In this document: piece after piece, positions 1 to 10,716 of the stretch | How the letters are laid out: every line of letters starts with the position of its first letter | Numbering within the stretch: position 1 is the stretch's first letter | Source of the DNA: a plasmid | Strand: one strand, 5' to 3' | Length of the DNA stretch: 64,000 nucleotides | Assembly: GCF_988243305.1 (NCBI RefSeq) | Contig: NZ_OZ547137.1 | Notes under the pieces: model-generated | Database searches by the model: none | Told to the model about the DNA's origin: nothing | The model's input: only the letters and a program-made list of their open reading frames with translations | Translations under genes and position numbers: made by a program

Positions 1-1017
1 CATACAAGCCGCTTCGGTTACCTGACCGCTTTCGTAAAGAGCATTGTAACCCGCATATGCATCGGCCTGCAGGATACCTCTGTAGTCCGCCAGATGTTGC
101 TGCGGGTGGATACCTTTGCGGTCGGGAGAGTATGAGAACCACACCGCTGCCGGCATGGTCGAACCGGCGTTGCGATCGTCACGAACATAGACCCACAGCC
201 GTCCTGTACGGGTTTTACCCTGACCCGGCTCCAGTACATTTACCGGCGTGTCATCGGCATGCACTTTACCCGGCATCAGCACATAGTGCTTCAGTTCATC
301 ATACAGCGGGCGAAGCTGCTCTCCCATGATGTCAACCCAGCGCCCCATCGTATTGCGGTGCAGCTCCACGCCCTGGCGGGCATAGATTTCCGACTGACGG
401 TACAGCGGCAGATGCTCGGCGAACTTCGCCATGATTATGCGGGCCAGCAGAGCCGGACTGGCGTAACTGCACTCGATGGGTTTTGGTGGCTGCGGAGCCT
501 GAACTATACAGTCGCACCGGCTGCAGGCCAGTTTTGGACGAACCGTTTCGATTACCCTGAACGCGGTGTTGATGATATCCAGTTGTTCAGAGATGCTTTC
601 TCCCAGCGATTTCAGTTTGCCGCTGCAGACGGGGCATTCGGTTTCTGCCGGGGAGATAACCTGCCTGCCACGGGGAAGTGTTGCCGGAAGTGCTTTGCGG
701 ACGGGAGAGGCTGATGTTTTCGGCGCTGTCTATCCGGCCATTGAAGTGAGTTGCAACTACGCCTCACCAAGCCTGTTCTGGAGCTCGGTTATACGCGTTT
801 CTGCCCGCGCGATCTTCTTTTCTATCTTCTCGCGACTTTTCTCGCTGCTGCGACCGAACAACATTCTCTGCAGTTTAGCGACCAGCGCTCTGAGTGAGCT
901 GATCTCGCGGGCATAGCCGGTTATTTCACCAGACAGACGGACGATAACAGCCTGCTGTGCGATCAGCAGGGCCTTCAGTTGCTCGATGTCGTCGGGGAGT
1001 GTGTTGTTCATTCCCAT
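1..1017 (-). pseudogene. tnpC: IS66-family transposase TnpC (orf3), 5-prime two-thirds; continues beyond window start; frame change at about 705-760
   Basis: Minus-strand ORF 757..1017 has the leucine-zipper-like N-terminus; a second frame downstream gives ECPVCSGKLKSLGE, LPLYRQSEIYARQGVEL, VHADDTPV and WVYVRDDRNAG motifs typical of IS66 TnpC. An in-frame TAG separates the two parts. Confidence 0.8.
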
Positions 1018-1030
1018 GTTTTATCACGGG

Positions 1031-1378
1031 TTATATCCGGATGCCAGGCAGTTCTGTCCGTTTGGGATGTTGCCACGCGATCCCCTCCAGTAGCATGGAT
1101 AACAGAGCTGGCGTCAGGTGCACTTTCCCTTCCCGGGTTACCGGCCAGACGAAGCGGCCCCGTTCCAGGCGTTTGGCGAACAGGCATAACCCGTCACGAT
1201 CGGCCCACAGTATTTTCACCATTTTGCCATTGCGGCCCCGGAAGACAAAGATATGCCCGGAGAACGGGTCATCTTTCAGCGTGTTCTGCACCTTCGAAGC
1301 CAGGCCGTTGAAGCCACAACGCATATCTGTGATGCCAGCGATGATCCAGATTCTGGTACCGGTCGGCAGCGTTATCAT
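1031..1378 (-). CDS. tnpB: IS66-family TnpB (orf2)
   Basis: 115 aa ORF (MITLPTGTRIWIIAGITDMRCGFNGL...ILWADRDGLCLF) matches the conserved IS66 Orf2; ATGA overlap with upstream tnpA. Confidence 0.9.
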   Translation of the reverse strand: MITLPTGTRIWIIAGITDMRCGFNGLASKVQNTLKDDPFSGHIFVFRGRNGKMVKILWADRDGLCLFAKRLERGRFVWPVTREGKVHLTPALLSMLLEGIAWQHPKRTELPGIRI

Positions 1379-2052
1379 CGGATCCCCCCTTTCATTTCGC
1401 GAATGAGCACCCTAAGAAGTTCCGGAGTGAGGGGGGCAAACAGTTTTACCACACCTGATTTAAGATGCAGCTCACACTGTGGTGAGTCTACGGTAGTGTC
1501 ATTCTGGCTTTCATCAGACTTGTTTCGCCAGAAAGGATTTGTCACCGGTTTGACGGGGTCAGGAGTCTCAGTGATTGCCACCGGAACGGCCTGGCATTCC
1601 TGGAGATCCTCATCATTCAGTAAGCCCTCTTCATACAGTCTTTTCCAGTTAAACAACAGATTGTCATTAATATTGTGCTCTCTGGCGATCCGTGCAACGA
1701 CTGCACCAGGCTGTAATGCCTGTTTTACCAGCCTGATTTTAAATTCACGACTGTAGGAGGTTCGTCGTTCTTTTCGCCATGTGCTTTCGCTGATTTGAGG
1801 ATCATCAGGTAATTCCTTCTTTCTATTGGCATAAAGTATGGCATCGAGTTGGGCGACTGAAAGTGATTCAGGTAATGGCCAGGTAATACCGGAGGCATTA
1901 AATCGTTGAAAGAGATTATGAATGGTGGAATGACTGAGACCTAACTGCAGGGCGATAGCCCGGACAGATAATTGCTCGTCGAATCTTAGACGTAATGCGT
2001 CTGGCAAATAAGAGCGAAAGCCGGTGATATCTTTTGCTGTCTGAGAATTCAT
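1375..2052 (-). CDS. tnpA: IS66-family TnpA (orf1) with an extended, possibly chimeric N-terminus
   Basis: C-terminal half has [38 protein letters not shown] (IS66 Orf1 signature). N-terminal ~90 aa carries an HTH plus GITWPLP motif that recurs at 31961..32368 next to a different IS. Confidence 0.7.
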   Translation of the reverse strand: MNSQTAKDITGFRSYLPDALRLRFDEQLSVRAIALQLGLSHSTIHNLFQRFNASGITWPLPESLSVAQLDAILYANRKKELPDDPQISESTWRKERRTSYSREFKIRLVKQALQPGAVVARIAREHNINDNLLFNWKRLYEEGLLNDEDLQECQAVPVAITETPDPVKPVTNPFWRNKSDESQNDTTVDSPQCELHLKSGVVKLFAPLTPELLRVLIREMKGGIR

Positions 2053-2268
2053 CGTTCGTGTCCATCAATAGATGGACGCGATTGTTGCCAGACAGGACAA
2101 CCATCACAAGACGTCACAGACGGAGCGCTTACAAACCAGACGCAATCTGTCTATGTTAAAAAAATAACAAAGCCGGGTGGAATATATTCTGCCCATTTTA
2201 ATTTAAAACAAAGATTAGCGAGTGCTCTGGTGATTTGCACATGCGCAAATCTTTCAGCTCAAAGGAGG

Positions 2269-3303
2269 CTAGTCATCACGGTGATTACGTTCAAATCCCC
2301 TGCGCCCTCTTGCTGCCCATTCAGCATTGAGTATCACATAACGCTCCCAGCGTTCACGCAACTGTGCGAGCTTTATCGGTAATTCTTTGGTGACAAAGGC
2401 TTCAGGTATTTCAAAGTTGTCATCAAGATGCCCTTCCAGGAATGCATGGACGCCTTCCAATACATCAACCAGAGTGATGTTGTTACTTTGTTGCCCTTCA
2501 AGAAGTGGCCCCTGCCAACTATGCCAGAAGGTCTGATGGCGCAGACAACTTTCGTCATTCGCGAGCCGCCATAAATCCATAAAGATTCCTCGAGCAACTT
2601 TGAACGGCTGTTCATCAAACTGTTCGATGAGAAAGAAATAACACGGAATCTTGAGCGCGTTAATTCGCGCAATTTCAATTTCAGCATCACGGCGCAAGGC
2701 AATCAGATTGCTAAAGCGCGATCGCATACAGGCGATAGGGTTCAACACCCTTACCTTTTCATTCATTTCAGGCATACTGGGGCCGGTTGCTTCTACATAA
2801 AACGGGGCTGTATGCAGGTAAAGCTTTTCCCCCAGAAAATCAGAACGGTCGAAGCCTCCGGGCCGATCGATAATATCCACCACATTTGGCTCGTCAGGCG
2901 CATCCGGTACGGCAAATAAACGTCCATCATCCCGTTTGATATCGTGTGTGTCCTGATCGATAAGCATAAACTGCGCAAGGGATGGGGGCTGACCGTCTTT
3001 GTTTTCCCACGTTTTCACGTTGAGCGTTTTTGCTATAGCCGCAATATCATCTTTCCGGGCACTGTAGTCGCAGTCAACAGAAGTGGTGAGACGCTCATCA
3101 GGCAATCTGTCGCCGTATTGTGCATGATAATAGGATATCCAATATTGCACAGCCTGGCCGCCAACTGTGATAACGGCATGTTTGAGCTGGTCAGCGTTGC
3201 AGATCAACTGCTGATTTAGCAGATACATCTGCTCATAGGGGGGAATAACGTCTTGAACTGGCATAAAAAAACCATCAGCGAATGATGGTTTATTGTGCCT
3301 CAA
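2269..3303 (-). CDS. hypothetical protein (344 aa), function unknown
   Basis: Long uninterrupted ORF; no family recognised with certainty. A VGGQAV...TSVDCDY stretch is loosely reminiscent of nucleotidyltransferase-fold motifs. Confidence 0.5.
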   Translation of the reverse strand: MRHNKPSFADGFFMPVQDVIPPYEQMYLLNQQLICNADQLKHAVITVGGQAVQYWISYYHAQYGDRLPDERLTTSVDCDYSARKDDIAAIAKTLNVKTWENKDGQPPSLAQFMLIDQDTHDIKRDDGRLFAVPDAPDEPNVVDIIDRPGGFDRSDFLGEKLYLHTAPFYVEATGPSMPEMNEKVRVLNPIACMRSRFSNLIALRRDAEIEIARINALKIPCYFFLIEQFDEQPFKVARGIFMDLWRLANDESCLRHQTFWHSWQGPLLEGQQSNNITLVDVLEGVHAFLEGHLDDNFEIPEAFVTKELPIKLAQLRERWERYVILNAEWAARGRRGFERNHRDD

Positions 3304-3312
3304 AGTTCAGGA

Positions 3313-3468
3313 TCAGGCAAAAGCGATAGTATGGGAGAATTTGCTATTGGCTGACTTACTGAAACGGCTTTTCACGGCAGGCTTGTAACCGGCACGACCA
3401 CGCAAAACCTGCACCGCTACGGCTTCGTAGCGTTCATGCTGCTTTTGTTTAGCTTGTGCGGGAGACAT
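3313..3468 (-). CDS. small basic hypothetical protein (~51 aa), 10 bp upstream of the 344-aa ORF
   Basis: ORF 3313..3498; probable start at the Met of MSPAQAKQKQHERYEAV. Co-oriented and tightly spaced with the downstream ORF. Confidence 0.35.
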   Translation of the reverse strand: MSPAQAKQKQHERYEAVAVQVLRGRAGYKPAVKSRFSKSANSKFSHTIAFA

Positions 3469-3879
3469 AATTTTGTACCTGATGGTGGTTATATACAAAT
3501 AAGCTGTAGTAACTATACGTCACGAATCTACGTCACGCAATAGCGTACTATTGTTGCAATTTTGATGTACTTCCAGACTACTGTCTCATCCTGCAGTGCT
3601 TCCCGTTCTGCCTGCATTCCTTATTTACCGTATGTCCGGCTCAGTTAACCGGATTCAAATTCCGGTGTCCCTCCCGTCCTGACCGGTAGCAGACAAGCCC
3701 AAGCCTCCTGTAACAATAAAAGGGGTACCAAGCCGCAACCACCGAAATTTCCGGAATGCACAAATTTTGCGCTCGGCAACCTGTACGTAAGACCGCTGTT
3801 AACCGGACAGCAAAGAAATAGCTGTCTGGCGCGAAAAATCACTGCCCGTAACGTATCCATAGCTGGTACGAATAAATTC

Positions 3880-3917
3880 TGGGGTCTGAAGTCCAATGGA
3901 ACGAAAACGTACGTTAG
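3880..3917 (+). repeat. Tn3-family terminal inverted repeat (Tn1000/gamma-delta-like)
   Basis: ggggtctgaagtccaatggaacgaaaacgtacgttagt resembles the 35-38 bp Tn3/Tn1000 IR (GGGG...AATGGAACGAAAACGTACGTTA). Confidence 0.75.
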
Positions 3918-4603
<686 letters not shown>

Positions 4604-4702
4604 GCCAATATTCACACAATTAACTAATATTTTCTACGCAATACGTGACACCTTTCGAGGAGAGGTGCTCGAAATTTCAGACATAAAAAGCCCCGTAGGG
4701 CC

Positions 4703-5104
4703 TTAGATGATTTCTTCCAATGCTGATTCCAGTTCTTTTACTTGCATTGCTCTAAGACGAGGAGCTAATGTTCGATGGGCGTTTAAGTAATCAATGGCTC
4801 TTGTTACCAGCTTTCCTCCGCCACAGACAACGAAATAACTCTGATGTTGTGTGTGTTGTGCATCAAGAACTGTGTGGCCTAGCTTCTCTATTGCGGTACC
4901 ACTCACTTCCTGCCATTTAGCCGTTATTTGAACGGTACCGGTATTAGTGAACAACAGGAAGTGGGCTATTTCATTCTTTCCCGCGATCAGACCAGGATAA
5001 CTGACATTTTTTTTAAACGTCATCGGAGCTTCTGAGTTACTTAGCTCAAAGCCTGCCCCAGAAATAATTGCTTCAATATCACGCAGTAATTCTGCTCTGG
5101 ACAT
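4703..5104 (-). CDS. hypothetical protein (133 aa), cargo of the Tn3-like cassette
   Basis: Uninterrupted ORF between tnpR and the intron; no family recognised. Confidence 0.45.
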   Translation of the reverse strand: MSRAELLRDIEAIISGAGFELSNSEAPMTFKKNVSYPGLIAGKNEIAHFLLFTNTGTVQITAKWQEVSGTAIEKLGHTVLDAQHTQHQSYFVVCGGGKLVTRAIDYLNAHRTLAPRLRAMQVKELESALEEII

Positions 5105-5214
5105 ACTTTCACCTTATCGTGTTGTATCTTTTTTGATCTTGGGGGGGAGGCAGAATTTTCAAGATGTAGGCGTTTTATTTTATGGTTAATAATCACCGCC
5201 ACTCTTATGGTGAG

Positions 5215-7082
5215 AGATCGGGATAGGGGCTGATCTCACGATTAGCCTCCTCCCACACCACCGTACATACGGGTCCGTATACGGCAGTTCGGTTATGTTT
5301 ATCGTCGCCTGCCTATAACTCCGGTAGGCCCAGTCTGACGAACAGGCGATTGGGAAGTGCTATGCTCAGTGCCGGACTACAGCTTATCCGCCATTGCTTA
5401 TGGCAACTCCCTACCGTTTGCGCTGCAAGGTCTTTGCTTACTCCCCGTCTGCGCAACTCTTTGAAGCGCTTGCTGCCCGTTTTCCACTGTTTCCACAGGA
5501 CACTTCGCAACCTTCGCCTTATCCACCTGTTCAGATCTCTCATCAGCGTTTGCCACTGGTTCAGTCCATAGTAGCTTTTCCATCCCGTCAGATATCGCTT
5601 TAACGGTTCGATAAGCTGCTCTAGGCTTTTGCCCGTGTTACGCCCCGTCAGTTCTCTTATCCGGGTTTTGAACCGCTTCACCGATTCCGGCAACACCACA
5701 CACCACACCTTTCTGCCCCTCCTGAAGCTGTAACCCAGGAACTTACGCGTCTCCGGAAGCGCTACCGCGCTCTTCTTCGCGTTGAGCTTCAGCTTCAGTT
5801 TCCGGTTCAGCCAGTGCGTCAGCCCCGCCATCATACGGTTGCCTGCCCGTTCACTCTTCACATACACATTACAGTCGTCTGCGTAGCGGGCGAACTTCAG
5901 GCCGCGTTTCTCAAGTTCCTTATCGAAGTCATCCAGCAGCAGATTCGATAACAGTGGCGACAGTGGGCCGCCCTGCGGCGTCCCTTCTGTCACCGGCATT
6001 ACCAGACCCGCTTCCATCACACCTGCATTCAGGTACCCGCGGATAAGTGACAGCACCCGTTTATCCGATACTCGTTTCGCTATCCGGCTCATCAGTACAT
6101 CGTGATTCACCCGATCGAAGAACTTTTCCAGATCGAGGTCAACCCCCCAGCTGTAGCCCGACTCGATGTATTTCTGAGCCTGCTTCACTGCCTGATGCGC
6201 CGAGCGTCCGGGCCGGAACCCGTAGCTGCTGTCGCTGAACGTCGCATCCCACTGTGCCTGCAACACCTGCATCATCGCCTGCTGGATAAAGCGATCCACC
6301 ACCGTCGGGATGCCCAACAGACGTTCGCCGCCGCCGGGCTTCGGGATAGTCACTCTTCTTACAGGGGATGGGCGGTAGCTGCCGGACAGCAGTTGCGCTT
6401 TCAGTTCCGGCCAGTGGTGTCTCAGATAGTCCGGCAGTTCGCTTACGCTCATGCCGTCGGCTCCCGCCGCACCTTTATTGGCCTTCACTCTTTTCAGGGC
6501 ATGCCTGAGGTTGACTGGTTCGCAGATGGCTTCCATCAGCCACGCTGTTGACGATGGACTTTCTCTGGTCGTCGGTGCCTGCACGGTTTCAGCCCCCTGA
6601 GAACCGGCGTCAGGGGCTTCACCCCGTCTTCCTGCATCAGGGTCGCGATACGTTTTCTGCTGCATGACCGTTCAGAACCTCCGCTGATACTCGTCACTCA
6701 TTACCGTTCGGGCCTTCAGACGCGCCTGTCCTACTATGCCCTCTGCTGACTCCTGTCCGCCGGTCAGCGCACCTTACGGTACGCTCAGTTCTGAATACAG
6801 AACGCCAGACAGGCCTCCCGGGGTAAGCTCAGCCGCTTTCACCACACACCTGCCCAATCTACCACCCCGGCTCTTGATGGTTATGGCCTTTGCAATCAAT
6901 GGCTTGCTCCGCCAGCCGGGTAGGCCTCATATCGGATTTCTGTTCGTCAGGTCATGGTTTTGCTCCACGCTTCCTTCAGATCCCGCCTCACGACGGCACC
7001 CTTGCGCTTCACGAGTCCTTCGCCACCATCAGGCTGGACAGGGGACTTTCACCCCCGAGCTGCTGAGCATGCCCGGCACACC
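5215..7082 (-). mobile_element. group II intron (bacterial class C-like; boundaries approximate)
   Basis: 5-prime end GTGTGCCGGGCATG... on the minus strand sits right after a terminator hairpin; domain V-like stem-loop (rc of 5255..5292) and domain VI downstream of the IEP ORF. Confidence 0.75.
5313..6665 (-). CDS. group II intron-encoded reverse transcriptase/maturase (no endonuclease domain evident)
   Basis: 450 aa with RT motifs (GIPTVVDRFIQQA, FARYADDCNVYV with YADD) and a C-terminal maturase X domain. Confidence 0.9.
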   Translation of the reverse strand: MQQKTYRDPDAGRRGEAPDAGSQGAETVQAPTTRESPSSTAWLMEAICEPVNLRHALKRVKANKGAAGADGMSVSELPDYLRHHWPELKAQLLSGSYRPSPVRRVTIPKPGGGERLLGIPTVVDRFIQQAMMQVLQAQWDATFSDSSYGFRPGRSAHQAVKQAQKYIESGYSWGVDLDLEKFFDRVNHDVLMSRIAKRVSDKRVLSLIRGYLNAGVMEAGLVMPVTEGTPQGGPLSPLLSNLLLDDFDKELEKRGLKFARYADDCNVYVKSERAGNRMMAGLTHWLNRKLKLKLNAKKSAVALPETRKFLGYSFRRGRKVWCVVLPESVKRFKTRIRELTGRNTGKSLEQLIEPLKRYLTGWKSYYGLNQWQTLMRDLNRWIRRRLRSVLWKQWKTGSKRFKELRRRGVSKDLAAQTVGSCHKQWRISCSPALSIALPNRLFVRLGLPEL

Positions 7083-7083
7083 A

Positions 7084-7107
7084 TAAAAAAGCCCCCACGG
7101 GCTTTAT
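7084..7107 (-). terminator. rho-independent terminator-like hairpin forming the intron 5-prime exon
   Basis: Minus strand aaagccc-gtgg-gggcttt stem-loop followed by a T-run, immediately upstream of the intron 5-prime end. Confidence 0.5.
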
Positions 7108-7140
7108 TACTAAATTCAATACAAACAACAAATTATGCTC

Positions 7141-7178
7141 TTAACGTACGTTTTCGTTCCATTGGCCCTCAGCCCCCT
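7141..7178 (-). repeat. Tn3-family terminal inverted repeat (second copy, inverted relative to 3880..3917)
   Basis: Reverse complement reads agggggctgagggccaatggaacgaaaacgtacgttaa, matching the IR at 3880. Confidence 0.7.
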
Positions 7179-7429
7179 GGTATTGCTTGCGCCAGAGAAA
7201 TAACTGGCTGGCTGCCACACCGTGTTGCCGGGCAACAAGGGAGGCCGTCATTCCCGGTTCAAAGCTCTGCTGAACAATAGCGCTCTTTTCCTGTGTAGTA
7301 CGCCGTCTGCGTTTCTCCGGTCCTAAGACATCAATCATCTGTTCTCCAATGACTAGTCTAAAAACTAGTATTAAGACTATCACTTATTTAAGTGATATTG
7401 GTTGTCTGGAGATTCTGGGGGCTAGTCTA
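7177..7429 (-). mobile_element. insC: IS2 5-prime fragment (IRL and truncated insC)
   Basis: rc of 7381..7429 matches the IS2 left end (tagactagcccccagaatctccagacaaccaatatcacttaaataagtg); ORF 7141..7383 encodes [18 protein letters not shown]...LFLWRKQYQ, then runs into the Tn3-like IR. Confidence 0.85.
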
Positions 7430-7624
7430 TCTTCAGCTTACGGGCTATCTGACGATGTGACCAGCAGTATGGTGGCAAAGCCATATCAGTCCTTTCTCTT
7501 TGAGTTCACCTAGCATTGTTATCTCCTTAAAAAATTGAGGCGACAACTATGCTGACACAGAGGGTTATTGATCTTACCCAGCAATAGTGGACACGCGGCT
7601 AAGTGAGTAAACTCTCAGTCAGAG

Positions 7625-7933
7625 GTGACTCACATGACAAAAACAGTATCAACCAGTAAAAAACCCCGTAAACAGCATTCGCCTGAATTTCGCAGTGAAG
7701 CCCTGAAGCTTGCTGAACGCATCGGTGTTACTGCCGCAGCCCGTGAACTCAGCCTGTATGAATCACAGCTCTACAACTGGCGCAGTAAACAGCAAAATCA
7801 GCAGACGTCTTCTGAACGTGAACTGGAGATGTCTACCGAGATTGCACGTCTCAAACGCCAGCTGGCAGAACGGGATGAAGAGCTGGCTATCCTCCAAAAG
7901 GCCGCGACATACTTCGCGAAGCGCCTGAAATGA
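7625..7933 (+). CDS. insE: IS3 OrfA
   Basis: [50 protein letters not shown]... (ORF track begins three codons earlier at an alternative start). Confidence 0.95.
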
Positions 7934-8796
7934 AGTATGTCTTTATTGAAAAACATCAGGCTGAGTTCAGCATCAAAGCAATGTGCCGCGTGCTCCGGGT
8001 GGCCCGCAGCGGCTGGTATACGTGGTGTCAGCGGCGGACAAGGATAAGCACGCGTCAGCAGTTCCGCCAACACTGCGACAGCGTTGTCCTCGCGGCTTTT
8101 ACCCGGTCAAAACAGCGTTACGGTGCCCCACGCCTGACGGATGAACTGCGTGCTCAGGGTTACCCCTTTAACGTAAAAACCGTGGCGGCAAGCCTGCGCC
8201 GTCAGGGACTGAGGGCAAAGGCCTCCCGGAAGTTCAGCCCGGTCAGCTACCGCGCACACGGCCTGCCTGTGTCAGAAAATCTGTTGGAGCAGGATTTTTA
8301 CGCCAGTGGCCCGAACCAGAAGTGGGCAGGAGACATCACGTACTTACGTACAGATGAAGGCTGGCTGTATCTGGCAGTGGTCATTGACCTGTGGTCACGT
8401 GCCGTTATTGGCTGGTCAATGTCGCCACGCATGACGGCGCAACTGGCCTGCGATGCCCTGCAGATGGCGCTGTGGCGGCGTAAGAGGCCCCGGAACGTTA
8501 TCGTTCACACGGACCGTGGAGGCCAGTACTGTTCAGCAGATTATCAGGCGCAACTGAAGCGGCATAATCTGCGTGGAAGTATGAGCGCAAAAGGTTGCTG
8601 CTACGATAATGCCTGCGTGGAAAGCTTCTTTCATTCGCTGAAAGTGGAATGTATCCATGGAGAACACTTTATCAGCCGGGAAATAATGCGGGCAACGGTG
8701 TTTAATTATATCGAATGTGATTACAATCGGTGGCGGCGGCACAGTTGGTGTGGCGGCCTCAGTCCGGAACAATTTGAAAACAAGAACCTCGCTTAG
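7930..8796 (+). CDS. insF: IS3 OrfB (DDE integrase domain)
   Basis: 288 aa with DDE region (WAGDITYL...HTDRGGQY...[11 protein letters not shown]); ATGA overlap with orfA. Confidence 0.95.
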
Positions 8797-8955
8797 GCCT
8801 GTGTCCATATTACGTGGGTAGGATCATATTACCCGATCTCGATGGACGTTATTGAGTGATCTCCTTCCATGAAGCTCGCCACGGGAATATCTGCGGCAGC
8901 GGGCCAGTAATGGGGTAAGTGATAGAGTTAACTCTGTGTTTTATGTGGGGATGAT

Positions 8956-9200
8956 ATGGAATTAAAACAAGACATCGAAAAAGAGATTATAAAATTAATA
9001 ATATCAGAATACATTAGTACACTTTATTATATACATCTAATTGTACAATTGATGTATAACAAAAGAAGGAAGTAAAATATCATTAGAAATGAACTCATAT
9101 TTCTTGAGAGAGACGTTAATATATCAGTAAAGTGCAAGGATATTCAGGAAGGACGTATATCGCAATCAGATTAAACAGCGCTTGATAACTCGTATCAATA
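8956..9200 (+). pseudogene. aggR-like 5-prime gene fragment (AraC/Rns-family paralog remnant)
   Basis: ~80% nucleotide similarity to the first ~230 bp of aggR at 22100; translation MELKQDIEKEIIKL... stops prematurely. Confidence 0.7.
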
Positions 9201-9493
9201 TCTATATGATAGGGTTTTTCAGCACATTATATTCATCAGGATTTTATTTTAAAAGCTAATAAAAGCTATTTTATATTGCTATGACATAACTTCTATGTAG
9301 CCATACTAATGATAAACTCTCTTTTCAGAGAGTTTTAACCCTTCGTTAATATTGCCAGTCAGCAAATCATATTCACCACGATATTGGCGTTATTGTTCAA
9401 CGCCAATATTTATTTTATTATTTCTAAAAATCTCCCTATACATTAGTTAATATAATAGCACTCCCCATTTTCAACTGAAAATTAGCGCATTAC

Positions 9494-10705
9494 TCATATC
9501 TGTGTAAATAAAAAAGGCTCCGTTTTTGACCTATTAAATAAGTCCATATCAATTTTCCAATTCTTGTCTATAAGAACTGTTCCACCATAATTTTGAATAT
9601 TAATAAGAGGGGTATTCGGCGAAACAGAGAATTTCGATAATATGCTTCCATTAATAAGGGTGTTGTCATATTTGTGATTGTCACTCAACCATGAATAATC
9701 GGATTGAACAATGGAGATATCTTTTCTTCGAGATTCACCCTCAGGAAATAATCCCTCATAACATATATGAATACTCATTTTAATGTTGTTGAAATCCAGG
9801 ATGTCCTGCTCATTATATTTCTTTTTATAATATAGAAAAGGTGATGTCGATGGTTCTGGTGAGTTATAAAAACTTTTCTTCTCAAAAAAAGGTATCAATT
9901 TGCTTTTTTGGTGGAGAAGAAACTCTTCTTTATGCCAGAAAGCAGACACTACGTTATTAATGTCTTGATATCCATAAAGATTCATTAATATCCCATATTT
10001 ATAGTGGAATCGATTATCTTTTAATTGCTTTAAGAGATGTTTAGTTCTTTCCTTTATATAATCATTCTTGTAACCGAAAAAAACATTTTCTGAGAGGATA
10101 ACTAGATCAACCTTCTTATTTCTGACGAATTCATTGAGATCAGTATAAAAATTACCTCTGACACCTACTTTTTTAAAATAAAGGCCAACCTGTACAATCA
10201 CAATGTTCAGAGGGGGATGTGTTATATTAACCGGTGTTTTCCATATTAGCGGAAATAATAATAACATAAGAGAACGGAGAAAAAATGATATTTTTAGACT
10301 AAATGTAACTGCAGGAATAAGATTTAATATTAATAAATTTAAAACAGGAATATCTGTTCTTGGTAAGATGTCAGGAAAATCATAATATAAAACAATCAAT
10401 GGATTTAATGGTATAAACATCCCGAAGGCGGATAATGAGGTTAATGAAAGGGCATGTAGACATGCTCCAAGTACCCCATAAGAACTCAGGAAACCATATA
10501 TGACAAGGGTTACCATATTATAGCAGAGTAATCCAAATGAAAGGTATAAATTAGAACTGCCATAATATTCTAAAAAACCACTAGAAAAATACATCCCAGA
10601 GAAAATGATAGAGTATAAAAGAATAGTAAAAAAAAGACTCACTCGTCTTTTTCTTGCTGCGAGATAATAGGCAAAAAAATACAATAAGACAATAGCGAAC
10701 TTCAT
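9494..10705 (-). CDS. aatD: AatD, membrane-anchored Lnt-like N-acyltransferase (CN-hydrolase fold)
   Basis: N-terminal multi-TM region plus a C-terminal domain with an ICYEGLFPE motif like the Lnt active-site Cys; last gene of the aat cluster. Confidence 0.8.
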   Translation of the reverse strand: MKFAIVLLYFFAYYLAARKRRVSLFFTILLYSIIFSGMYFSSGFLEYYGSSNLYLSFGLLCYNMVTLVIYGFLSSYGVLGACLHALSLTSLSAFGMFIPLNPLIVLYYDFPDILPRTDIPVLNLLILNLIPAVTFSLKISFFLRSLMLLLFPLIWKTPVNITHPPLNIVIVQVGLYFKKVGVRGNFYTDLNEFVRNKKVDLVILSENVFFGYKNDYIKERTKHLLKQLKDNRFHYKYGILMNLYGYQDINNVVSAFWHKEEFLLHQKSKLIPFFEKKSFYNSPEPSTSPFLYYKKKYNEQDILDFNNIKMSIHICYEGLFPEGESRRKDISIVQSDYSWLSDNHKYDNTLINGSILSKFSVSPNTPLINIQNYGGTVLIDKNWKIDMDLFNRSKTEPFLFTQI

Positions 10706-10716
10706 AAACTGTAAGC

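Larger units (their letters stand above)
7569..8826 (+). mobile_element. IS3, complete copy 1 (1258 bp), flanked by 3-bp direct repeat TAT
   Basis: Ends TGATCTTACCCAGCAATAGTGG ... CGTGGGTAGGATCA; tat at 7566-7568 and 8827-8829. Confidence 0.95.

Noticed and set aside
57-714. Plus-strand ORFs 57..329 and 259..714 at the window start
   Set aside because: The minus strand across this interval translates into clear IS66 TnpC motifs; the plus-strand ORFs are antisense artefacts.
7710-8808. ORFs 7710..7928 (+), 7798..8073 (-) and 8533..8808 (-) inside IS3, repeated in all three copies
   Set aside because: They lie in alternative frames or antisense to the well-supported IS3 orfA/orfB and have no family resemblance; treated as overlapping-frame artefacts.
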